Assembly: GCF_023055435.1 (NCBI RefSeq)
Contig: NW_025964001.1
Coordinates: 40,920,001-40,984,000 of the forward strand
Direction of reading: 5' to 3'
Origin: Haliotis rufescens
Lineage: Eukaryota
Length of the DNA: 64,000 nt
The notes below the pieces were generated by a model. It did not search any database and was not told the origin of the DNA. It worked only from the letters and a program-made list of their open reading frames with translations. Below, piece by piece: positions 41,201 through 52,814 of the stretch (its first letter is position 1; each line of letters opens with the position of its first letter). The position numbers and the translations under genes were made by a program.

Positions 41201-42584
41201 TACCCTGCCTGACGGCATTAAGGGGCTAAAACAAGGACTGGTCGGCTCGGAGTCAGTACGTCGCTTTTTAAGTGCAATAATCTTGGACGCGACGTTAAAC
41301 CCTATTTCACCTCACATCACCTCACCACTTCTAAATGCCGTCTTAAGGGATAAACGAATATTACAAACACAAACACAATTCTGTGTTTTTCGTTTAATCT
41401 TTGAGAACTTTTAATTTATAAGAGAAATAGTGTTTAAGTTTTGATCAGTTCATCATTCTGTAACACGTTGATAATGTTCATCACGCTGGGGGCGGTGGGG
41501 TAGCCTAGTGGTTAAAGCGTTCATTCGTCACACCCAAGAATCGGGTTCGATTCCCAACATGAGTACACTGGGTGGACTCCATTTCACGTGTCCCCCGCCG
41601 TATGCTGGAATATTGCTGAAAGCGGCGTTAAATAATTCTCACTCACTTCATCGCGCTGATTTTCAGATTCATCAGATCTGTACTAGTGCTATAGCTGTTA
41701 ATGACATACTTGGCAGTGTGTATACGGCTGAATAAAAAAAATAAATGTTTCATGGGAAGAATACAAACAAACACGAGTGGGCACATATTGGTCTCGGTTC
41801 TTTGTTACAATGTCAGTTGTCAAGCATGGCAATGTATGGAAACATCGTATTCTTCATATGACGCAGGAGATTTGACATTTTGTTATTGGTCGTAAAATGA
41901 CTGACGCGAAGGATATTAAGTGACGTGCCGATGCTCTATAAACAAAGCATTTCAATTTTTAAGCCTATGAACACCGATAAAAAATAGGTACCAAAACATG
42001 CATGTATATTTCAGGAATGGAGACCAGTCCTTCAGAGGCTTGTGGTGATCTGGAACAACACATCACCGGCGACGTGTCCCTGACGTTCCGCCAGTATCTT
42101 CAACTCACAAACGACACCGACTTCCTCACCCTGGGGCGGGGACTGGACGCTATCACCAACATGGCCGAATTCTGGGCCTCGCGGGTTGTCAGGAACACCA
42201 CTACAAATCTGTGGGAAATACATGGTACGTCTGTCTGAACACTACCACAAAACTGTTGGAGATAGGACATGTATGTCCATAAATAAAAGCGACAAAACCC
42301 TTTCCATATTCATAAGAAATATCTGCCCCAAACAGAGTCGGTTATTAGGTATGATGAGCATGTGTTTATGAATCACTATCAAATGCAAAGGCAAGTCAAT
42401 TGTTCACCTGAAAAAACACCGGAACATATGTTACAAGTAAAAATAGGGAACTGCATCATTTTTGTCACTGATGCGTCAAATTTGGAAATGTCCTCAACAT
42501 GTCTACCATAAAACCTTTTGTATCCATGTGGGGAACCAAACACGGGCATGGGCGGATACAGCTTTTTTTTAAAAAGGGGGTGGG

Positions 42585-42641
<57 letters not shown>

Positions 42642-45600
42642 CTGTATCCGCCGGGTCTTCGGCGTAACGAGCCAACGCTTTAACCACTAGGCTTCCCCAC
42701 TGCCCCTCTGACTATTTAGAACAATACTACAACTTTGAGTTTAATTTTAACCTACTGGGATAGAGACTCGTGCACGAATTTATACCTGCGTTCTCATCCC
42801 CATCTGTCATGTCGCAGCTAGGGTGTGTACAGTGGTAAAGCTTATTGAACAGGTGTGATGCCGCCGGACGAGTACCACTACAACGTTAGCAACTCCGTCT
42901 ACACCAACACCATCGCCAAGCTCAGTCTACTGACCGGGGTGTACTCCAGCAAGATGGCGGGTCAGGTTGCCCCTGACAACTGGCAGGACATCGCCGACAA
43001 CATGTACATCCCCTTCGACGACAAGCTACAGTATCACCCCGAGTTTGACACCTACAAGATAGGTATAGGCTACATCTATGAAGTCGGTGTTTACTATTCA
43101 AAATAATGGCCGTTTTGTTACTGACATATGCATATAAATGGCAAGCCGACATCACTGGATACTCTTTATGAAACAAAGATATGATATACTAATATGGCGG
43201 AGGAGGAGGTAGGTGTTCAAATATTGAGGACAACTATTGTTTTGGGACTAAAATTTCGAAAACAGCGTAAATGCTCATGACAACAAATTGTTTGGGCGAT
43301 CATGATGCTGGGAGAGGGGAGGGGGAGTTACTCTCAAGGAATGGCAAACATATTTGAAGGATCGTCTTTTTCTTCACACCGTGGGGATTATGGGAGACAG
43401 TCGACTAAGTGAAAACTGCATGTAATTGAATCTGGTTTTTATTTCCTGCTATCGATCACTTGTTTACATAAACTTTATTATTTTTTAGACTGCCGTGACA
43501 GCTAAAATGTTATGTAAAATCCAGTTCGCTCGTCTTTTCAGTTACTCAAATCTCGATTCAACCACAGACCCAATCTCATTACAAAGATCCTTTGTTTAGC
43601 GGTAGCGAGAACTAAGATCTGATTTTAATGAGATTGCAACAGACCTGTTAAAGGTGTATTGATGGTCTCCGATACGCCAGGCAAGAGTAGGTGTTTGTCT
43701 CTGTCTGCAGGCACGGTGGTGAAGCAGGCGGACGCGGTGATGCTGGAGTTCCCACTGATGTCGCAGCTACCGCAACATGTGCTCAGGAATGACGTCACTA
43801 TCTACGAGAAGGTAACCTCACTAATAGTTGATGAGTGAGTGAGTTTGGGTTTGTACAGTATTCCAGTTATATCAGGTGTCCGCTTGATGGGGGGAGCTCG
43901 GTGTGATGCAGGTCTCAGACGTTTACCACTTTGTAAAACCCACGAGTATGCTGCTGACAAACTAGAAACATAATCTAGGAGAACCGGGATTCGAATCAAC
44001 GATAATTACTATGGTGTGCCCAGGGGACGCAACTCTGCACAGCGAATGTCAATGAGGTTTTGTTTGTTGTTTAACGCCACACTCAGCAATATTCCAGCTA
44101 TATGACGGCGGTCTGTAAATAATCGAGACCAGGCAACCCAGTGATTGACATCAGGAGCATCGTTCTATGCGATTGGGATACGATGACATGCATCAACCAA
44201 GTAAAGGAGCCTGACCACCCGATCCGTTAGTCGCCTCTTACGACGAGAAACAGTCGCCTCTTATGGCAAGCATGTGTTGTCCAAGACCTGTTATTCTCCT
44301 GGATCTTTACGGGTCTAGTTAACTAGGTATTACACGGACACGTGTGTGTCCGACTGCATCTGTCTCATATTATAATTATCTTCAGTCGGAGTTGGCTATA
44401 TTCCATTCATATCCGGATGGAAGATACCAGGAATCAGGTTTCACACATTGTACCCTGGGGATTTGAAACCCGATCTCCGGCTCGATGAGCAAACACTTCA
44501 ACCTCAAGGCCACCCAGCGGTATCCAGCGGTACTACAGCAAATTATTCTGGCATTAATAGATACTATCATTTTGTTTGAGTGCATGATTTATAATGCGGT
44601 TGAATGACTGATTTGTTTGGTTTGCTTTGTTATTGAAAATATGGAACTCAAGTGTAAGGAAGACATTTGGATCACTGATGTCCTATTGTTTTGTCTGTTT
44701 GGCATTCATCATGATAATCATCTTCATTATCGGGATGTGGAATAAGACGTGTCTGTGCACGTGTGTGATTAGGTGACTCCTGGTGGCCCAGCAATGACTT
44801 GGGGGATCTTCGCCATCAACTGGTTGCAGCTAGGTGACAAGGTCAAGGCCGACTCACTGTTTCAGCGCACCATCTTGAATGTCCAAAAACCGTTTTATGT
44901 AAGTAGAGAATCACTTGAATATCGCACATGATTTGAATATTCATCGTAACATACATAGTATCGTTTGATGTTCCTATTTTCAAAGTACTGAAAATATGAA
45001 TTTAGATCGCAGAGGTTTACAGCTTTGGTAAAACCCGAGAGTTCGTTTAACGTCCCAACAAACCAAGCAAAACACTTGGGAGATGTATTTTCTGTAATGG
45101 AGAAACTAATTCTTCTTCCGGAATCAACAGATTTGAGAGATTTCTCCTACTTAAAATATGTTTGATATTATTAACTCTATAATTCTGCATAAAGGCCAAT
45201 GGTTGTGTCAGTTTTACTTATTAAACTGCACGTTCAGAATCAACTGCAACTACAATAGTGCGACGTCATCATAATGGCTTGGTTAACTAGGAAGAATAAG
45301 TCCTTGGTTATAACACTGCTATTCACTGTCTAAATTCCCCCCAGATCTGGACAGAGAACGCGGATGGTAGCGGGGCCGTCAACTTCCACACTGGTATGGG
45401 GGGATATCTACAGGCAGTTATTTTTGGTTATGGTGGATTCCGTATTGAGGATACACAACTAGCGTTCAACCCCAACCTCCCTCCGTCAACCACACGCCTC
45501 TCCATCACCGGCCTCGACTACGGCGGCAACTCTGTGGATCTGGCAGTGGACGCCACCAACATGACAGTCACTGCAACATCACTCGCCAACCCCATGACCG

Positions 45601-45698
45601 TCACAGTGTTTGGTCTTGGGGTCACTGATAATCTACTTCTTAATCAACCTCGGACATATGCTAGACAAAGGGCGGCTTTACGCATAACATTCAAATAG
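32293..45698 (+). CDS. PGGHG: GH65-family glucosidase, protein-glucosylgalactosylhydroxylysine glucosidase (ATHL1)-like, 11 coding exons, about 770 aa
   Basis: Exons 32293..32588, 34495..34703, 36333..36546, 37303..37487, 38651..38874, 40699..40882, 42015..42224, 42853..43062, 43711..43811, 44773..44898, 45345..45698 are in frame. Motifs: GLYNG..SHRARLPS, GLSPGGL, YNGHVFWD, GARFPWES, EQHITGD, GVMPPDEY, VKQAD, GPAMTW, WTENADGSGAVNFHTGMGG. Confidence 0.92.
33992..34314 (+). mobile_element. SINE family B
   Basis: Homologous to the other copies. Partial copies also occur at ~21919..22045 (+) and ~26575..26690 (-). Confidence 0.85.
34746..34990 (+). mobile_element. SINE-like family D (no A/B box, structured 5' head, (AAAC)n tail)
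   Basis: ~250-bp repeat. Further copies: ~4142..4399(-), 28038..28293(+), 31425..31587(+), 32790..33009(+), 33111..33377(+), 40065..40128(-), 44058..44315(-), 46529..46735(-). Confidence 0.88.
37669..38035 (+). repeat. 28-bp minisatellite, about 13 copies
   Basis: Unit AGTTCAGACAGTCGTCT(CA/GG)CTTTCTGTA in PGGHG intron 4. Confidence 0.92.
39160..40040 (-). mobile_element. Decayed L2/CR1-group LINE RT fragment in a PGGHG intron
   Basis: Minus-strand remnants GVP*GSVLGP, RLDY, RLQLVQN, HITPVLKHLH*LP and YGLKTFSVAAPK, with many stop codons. Confidence 0.8.
41089..41324 (+). mobile_element. SINE family B, internally deleted
   Basis: 13-bp TSD CCACTTCTAAATG. Confidence 0.88.
41488..41647 (+). 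mobile_element. SINE family A
   Basis: Homologous to the other copies. Partial minus-strand copies also occur at ~35142..35232 and ~42652..42706. Confidence 0.8.
42586..42637. repeat. (CA)n microsatellite inside a short GGCGGAT..ATCCGCC MITE-like element
   Basis: Perfect CA run, flanked by the inverted termini GGCGGATAC and GTATCCGCC. Confidence 0.9.
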
Positions 45699-47259
45699 TC
45701 TTTACTGGCTGGAAATGAACAATTTCAAGATATTTTACTTTTTGTAATAACTTTATTAAAAAATAAACATTTTTTTATGTTTGTATGTTTTTAATTTGAC
45801 CAACCACAACGTCACCAACGAGTGAGTGAATGGCCTTCAACTTCCACAGTATTGATAAGTGTAAATTGGCAGGACTCCAGGCCAAAACTATGAATAAACA
45901 ATTTCTTTTAGGAAGTGGCCTGATGTTACATAGGTTATATTAGGGATTACTTTCTTAGTAAAATTTACATTACAGTACTTTCTGGGGTGGAGTCCATTGC
46001 CAGTATACACTTATCAGAGGGGTACACAAAGTACGTGATCTAGACTCCCATTGTCGACTTCCCTTCTGTGGAAGCCAAGCTGAGTGGTTAGGTGGATAGT
46101 TTGTTTGCTGGCGAGTAGATGCCTCACACGCCACCATAAAAAGTACTAGAATGTGTACTTTACTAAGTAAGTGTAATCCCAAATATAACATATTACAGGT
46201 TGCACCGTAACCATAGTAACCATCCGATCCTCAACTACTGGTACTGGAGACCTATACTGTACTGTCCAATGTATGATGAAACACATTCATCCACAAGGGG
46301 CAGATCTAGAATTGTGAAAGCCAACCACACCAACGTTAGAAACAGGTCCACACATTAGGAGGTTCTGAAAGTTTCTGTCTGGGTAACACCATCGAGCATT
46401 AGAACAAACGATGAGAGGTGTGGTTTCTAAGAAACCTCCGACCTCTGTGCATTGTTGGCAAGGTGACAGTGTCCAGTGTCTCTTATCTGAGGCATACATA
46501 TTTTACTTGTGCCTTGTATAGTGTAGTATTTGTTGTTTGACTGGCACTCACCAATATTCCAGCTATATGACGGCTGTCTGTAAATAATCGAGACAATCCA
46601 TTGATATCATCTACGCAACTGAGATACAGTGACATGCATGAACCAGGTCAGCAGCCTGACCACCCATCTGTTAGTCGCCTCTTACAGCAAGCATGGTTTG
46701 CTGAAGACCAATTCTAACCCAGATCTTCATGGGTCTCTACAGCAGTAGTACTAGTGTACATACAACTTACTCCACACAGTGGACAAGATTTGTTAACCTC
46801 AAACTTTCAACACTGTTGTGGGGCCACACATATCCCTGATGTTCATTTCTGAATTATGCAACAGGTAAATACGATATTCAGTATCAAGACATGCAAGTAT
46901 TTCTATGATTTCCACTGTTGAGTGAGTTGTACACAGCAGTCAGCAATATGTCGGCTTTATCAAGCAGGCATGAAAATAGTTGAATCTTGGTCAGACAAAC
47001 CAGTAGTTGATGGTGTGTAAATGTCCAACGTTGGGGCACGATGACAACCACCGAGTCTGACATCCTGATAGAATTAAGTAGGTAAATTACCGGTAATACT
47101 GTGCAGTACTACTAAACAACAGAGAGACCACTTCATTATTAAGTAAGGATAAGATAGGTGGATGAACAGGTTCTTTATTACCATTAGGAGTGACGTTGTA
47201 GGTTCTAATACTGTTATCAAGCAAGCACTTCCTTGATAACAGTGTTAGAATCTACAACA

Positions 47260-47607
47260 GACCGCCTCCGTGGTCTAGTGGTAGAGCGTCCGCCCAGAGA
47301 GCGGAAGGTCCAGGGTTCAATCCCCGACCGCGTCATACCAACAGACGTTAAAAGATGGTACTTGTTGTTACCCTGTCTGGCGCTCGACATTAAGGGGCTA
47401 AAACAAGGACGGCTCGGGGTCAGTATAGTATGTCTGAGTGGGGTATTCATGTTAAACTGCAGCATGGTATCTCAGTGAGCTAGCACTACAAATCGGCATC
47501 AGTCCGGAACAGTACAAGCAGCCACACACACACACGTGCATGCATGTCGCCATATAAGTGCAATAATCTTGGAAGCAACGTTAAACCCCATTTCACCTCA
47601 CCTCACC
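47260..47607 (+). mobile_element. SINE family B, full length (central domain resembles Meta-type SINEs, from recall)
   Basis: GACCGCCTCCGTGGTCTAGTGG..GGTTCAATCCC head; TAGAATCTACA on both sides. Confidence 0.9.
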
Positions 47608-47915
47608 TAGAATCTACACCAAAACATAGCTCCTAATTGTAATAAAGCAGTGTTTACCATAGATCTTATCCTAACTTAGTACTCCAACTTCTAAATGCCT
47701 CTCAAAGAAGCGCTTCATTATTGGTGAGCTACGCTAAGTCTATTCAGACATGCTTCATTTCCAGAACTAAAAACCAATGTTCATGCACAAATGGTGGAAA
47801 CAGCCAGTCTGGATCTTCTGGCGAATCTGACTCCACTGGTGCAAGGCAAAGAACAGTGGTAGTCCTACCAATGGCCACAAAACACAGTGTAATACAATCA
47901 CATAGGTTTATTTCT

Positions 47916-50900
47916 TCATTCGCTATCAGACAAGTCTGTATCCCCTCCTCCCCCATCCGCCTCCTCGTCACTGCTGCCGTCGTTCCTGTCCCAGTCCTTC
48001 ATCTTGGCTCCCATCATGAAATCGTCCCTTAAAATCTTCCACTTGGCGGACTCCTCTTCTTTTTTCAATGTCTGAAACATGGCAGAAATGTGATCCCAGA
48101 TGCCGGAAATTGCACAGCGGTCGACATATCAGTCAAATCATTGCAAAAAAAATTATTAGACAGACGTTAATTAAAGGGAGACAAGACATGGAGAAAGACA
48201 GGTAAACATCTAACATATGTCCCTTCTAAGCCTCTCCTATGGACCAATCAGAATCCACCTCTCGTATCACTTGCGTTTGCTTTACACAAAATGGTGGCGC
48301 CCAGTCAGGGCGATCTGATCGATAATCAAGATCTATATTGTGATAAAACAGGTCTTACATCGCGAAATGCATCAAATCACGTGGGCACCTTGATTAAAAA
48401 CATGAAAGGATTTGGAAAATATCTGCTGACATGCTTTGCAAACCCTGCAATCGATTGAAATCTGCACGACAGTTTACGAACCAGATTTTGATTTCGGTGC
48501 ACGATTTTGATTGGACTATGCATAGACTGGTTAGTCCAGACAAAACATCACTCCATAATACCAGCCTAGTTCGGCAAGGGTGGAAACTGGACTTTTATAG
48601 TCAGTTAACGCCTTTGCCTCGGGAAGATGTCTTGTATGCAACGTTAAACCCAATTTCACCTCACCTCACATACAATGTTTAGATTTATACTAAAAACAGG
48701 CAACAGAACATGGAACAGAGTCCCCCTTTAACTACCATATTATTATTTAGTATATAGGCCCATGGAACTACATGATGTGAGTCAGAATGGTATCGCGTCT
48801 GTTGAGAAAGTGACTTGTTTTGTTGGCTATAAAAATCTAGCAGAATCAGGTGTATATTTTATTTCATTATTCCAAACTTATCCTATAGACTAGTTCCTGG
48901 CTGTATTTGTGTTGTGTCACCTTTTGATATGTGCAGAAGGAATATTTTCTTTGTGTGTTTGTTTTTTAATGCCGAACACTGGCAATATTCCAGCTATATG
49001 ACCCCTATGTATGTCCAATATACATGTTTGGTCCAATTCTATGTGGTAAGTTAATATAAGATGAAAGTCTTGTAACTGGTGACGAAACAATAGTCGGCAA
49101 AAATCATTACGATGCAATTTCATTGCACCAGCATCACCTAGGAGTGATTGCTTCATCTCATCCAATCGATATCGCAGTTGAAGCCAGAATTGGATGATAA
49201 ATAACATTATAATACCTCCATGTCAGAATGATGAACTCACATAGTCTTGATAAAATACTATGTATTCTGCCTTGGAGGGAAAAACATTTCTCAGCAGTAG
49301 TATAAATCCCTATTGACCCACCACGAACAAGACAGGCTGCACATGAATTTCTGAGAGGCAGAATATATCCCTTATACTGCATGCTGCATGCTTTTTACGA
49401 GTCATTGAAAGTCACGTGACATAGCACAAGTTAACCTCAGCTCAATCGAACAGCTGTTTTCTATCAATTTTGAATGTTTTAATTCTTTTACAATGGCATA
49501 TTAAAATATGTCAGTAAGATAACTGTGTTGTAGCATTATCACGAGGGGTACATGTGGTACCCATCGGATACTGCAGCTTGTATTGTATAAGGCCCTGACA
49601 CAAACACACACACACAGTAACAGCTGATGCCACCAACAGGATATGAAAGTTACGAACCGGTTCTTTCTTTATAACTTTCTTTGAGTCCTCCAACAATGAA
49701 GGTGTGGAGCCTTTCAGCATGTCGAGGAATTTTCCTTTAGTCATGGACCCCATCACTTTTTCACTTTTCTTAATGGATGACCCAGCTTCTGTGAGTTTCT
49801 CCTCCAAAACCTTCTGTTGCTGACGGACAGCATTGAATAGCTGGACCACACCCCTGTAGGTAGACAAATACAGTGTGAGAATAAGGTGAGAAGGTAATAG
49901 TGTATGACACAGTGTGAGAGTAAGGTGATACTGTACTACAATACAGGCAAGGTATGAGAGTACTGGCATGACACTCACCGTGTTGCAATTCTCTGTAAAC
50001 GGCGTTCCCTGATTCTTTCCAGCGGATCTGGTTTCACTCGAAACATGTTATTCCACTCTCTTCTCTGTAAATGAAATTTTAACTCAACTAGGATTCACAA
50101 GCTTGTGGATCTATATAAACAAATGTAATTAACACAATTTATTTTGACATGTCAGTTATGATTGTTAGACAGCTGCACAAATATTTTACAAACAACCTGA
50201 AACAAATATTATATAACAGACAAGACAACCATGATCAAATCTGTCCAAACTTTCAAGTTTGATAGTGACTGAATGAATGGTGTTTTATGACACTATTAAC
50301 CAATATTCCAGCTAGATAAAGACACAAGTAAAGCACACAAGTTTTATCATGACAATATGAGCATCATAAGAACCTTTTCAAATTTTTCTCTTTTGTTCTC
50401 AACATCAGAATCACTGTCATCTTCAATAACTTTCCCTTCTTCTTTGTCTCTCTTTCTCTTTCGAACACGGATTTCTTTATCTGTCTGACCTTTAGCAAGA
50501 ATAACTGCACCCTTCTTCTGAACAGTCTTGGTCAGAATGGCTGCCATGACGTCTGCCAGACCAGAAGGAGGTAGAGCGCCATCGGCTTTGGTGTTGTCAA
50601 TCTTGGCGTCATCTCCATCATCTGAAGATATCAATCACTACACTGTTATACTTGTAGTCTATGTTATGTGGAGGTCATAATATGAGGAATATATTAATAT
50701 TCAACATAAAAGAGAATTATCATAAGAAATGTATCATTTCTAAAGACAAGATCAAATCCAGTTTTGGAGCACCTTTAGAATACAGTACCACAACTTCTTG
50801 AGACAACGATCTGTGCCGTAGGTCACCTCAAACACAAGCAACCAGTTTTAGTGAGAATCCGTCGGATGTGAAATCACAACCTTATGATTGTTAGCCCGAC

Positions 50901-52109
50901 AGCCAACCAACTGAGCAGCGTCCACACTGTGAAACTACCTAGTCATGTCTACGATGTTATGGAACTGAATGAAAAGGGTCGAATAGTTGATGGACGCTTA
51001 CGAAGGTGACAGGTAGGAATGGTGTCTCGTGACTTAAGTCTACTGACGCTTACGAAAGATCCCAATACCATTTGGGACATTCATCCCATTCCATAATCCA
51101 CAAGATACCAAGTGGTGATGAATGAACCAATATGGCACAAACAGAAAACGATTCAGGTGTCAGACGTCAAACTAGCGGGTAATCATGAATGACATGGTAT
51201 TTAATAATTTATCAGGTGATTTTTGTGACAGAAAAGTGTGGTAGGGAACACTCTAAGGATAATGTGGATCATAATAAGGAATGTGGGAGGAATAAGCATG
51301 GGTAGTGACATCACAAGGGTGAGTCCGCTTTGGACTCATTACTGAATAAACGTAGCAGTGAAAGTGGCTTGCATGAATGTTCCAGGACAGTTTCCAGTCG
51401 CCAAAATATTTGACAGTAAACCATTTCATCCTGCTTTCTCAATGTTTTTGTGAGAAGAATATTAGGAGCTGCTATAGAATCTATAATAGCCACTGAGGAT
51501 AGATCATCGAGAGGAGCTTATGCACACTGACGATGACCACTGACGTCACAGGGCATTGTTTCGCTGGTTGACTGGCAACAGAACACTACAAATTACGTCA
51601 TAGGGTATTGTGTCCTGTTTGAAATGTTTGTGGTACTGTATTCTAAAGGTAGGCCCCAGTTTTTTTAAAATTTTGTTGTGCCAGTCAAAAGGGAGCAGCG
51701 CGAAGACAGACCAGGCGATTCTGTCATAATGGCCCATTTCTGGTTAAAATGGACAACTGTCAGCGTGGTCAGTGATCAGTGACGAGCTGGTTAAAAAACA
51801 AGGAATGAAACTAAAATGTGTGTGTGTGCGTGTGCGAATGTACGTTCATGTTTATAAACAAAATTCATGTATGTATGAATGCGTATCGCTTAAGTAAAAC
51901 TAAAAGGGAATATAAGCAAAAATACATTACATTTGGAATGTTTTCAGGTCAGATGATAAGCACTGGTGTCAACGTGAATCGTATCCTGATAACACTAGAC
52001 ACCAAGAATCAAATTATGATTAGTATAGTTACTCACCGGTCGATATCTCTTCTTTAATAGAGTCAGAATCTGATTCTGAGAAATTTTCTTGAACTCTCAC
52101 GTGGGCCAT
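47916..52109 (-). CDS. RRP15: RRP15-like ribosome biogenesis protein, 5 exons, 252 aa
   Basis: Exons 52037..52109, 50374..50621, 49979..50064, 49658..49853, 47916..48071 are in frame. Motifs: GLADVMAAIL, RVKPD..RERRLQRIATRGVVQLFNAV, KFLDML, WKILRDDFMMGAKMKDWD. Confidence 0.93.
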
Positions 52110-52420
52110 GTTTATCCCGGAAGTGATATGAAAACAAGGAGTGCAAAAATAACGGAATGTGATAAAATATTATTATCGTTGTCATCTTATTCAATATAGA
52201 TAATGTACAGAAATGTGACCAAAGAACTGCCACTTAGTTCAACGAAGTGTCATATTTTGAAATAACAATGTCATATAGATCCCATTTATTTGTTTCATAT
52301 TAAATCACATTCCACTTTTCAATTTACATTCAGTCAACAGAATCTGAGATAAACATGTAGGAAAGTGCACATCGTATTGAAGCAGGAACAGTAACTCTTG
52401 TTGTATCGGTAAGCGATGAA
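52110..52420. promoter_or_regulatory. Probable RRP15/DCAF4 divergent promoter region with ETS motif CCGGAAGT (52117..52124)
   Basis: The two genes diverge. An ETS/GABP-type motif sits just 5' of the RRP15 ATG. Donor-like G|GTAAGC (~52409) and CAG|GTAAGG (~52710) on + suggest non-coding DCAF4 exons. Confidence 0.45.
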
Positions 52421-52814
52421 ATTCATGTCACTAACCTATTTTATTATTTCTCCAAACTGGCTGCTTACACGGACATTATGTAACCTAAGAATATATATTG
52501 ATACAGTGTACAGGTTACTGCGTCTGCCAACGCGTTCATGATGTTGGTTTCACAACCTTTTCACTCTCCACATTATTATTCTACTTGCGCGTGCTTTCGT
52601 TTTATCTTTTATCTGTTCATAATCATTATAATTATTGTTTTATTTAAATGCAAATTGAGTTTTTTAAATTAAGGACTGATGGAAGTTTGTTATCTTATTA
52701 TCTGTTCAGGTAAGGTCATTAATAATTAACATGAATTTAGGAATGTACCTCTATTTTCAAGCCCCTAATTTGAGATGTAAATCAAGTCATGCCTCTAACT
52801 TAGAAGATCATGCT

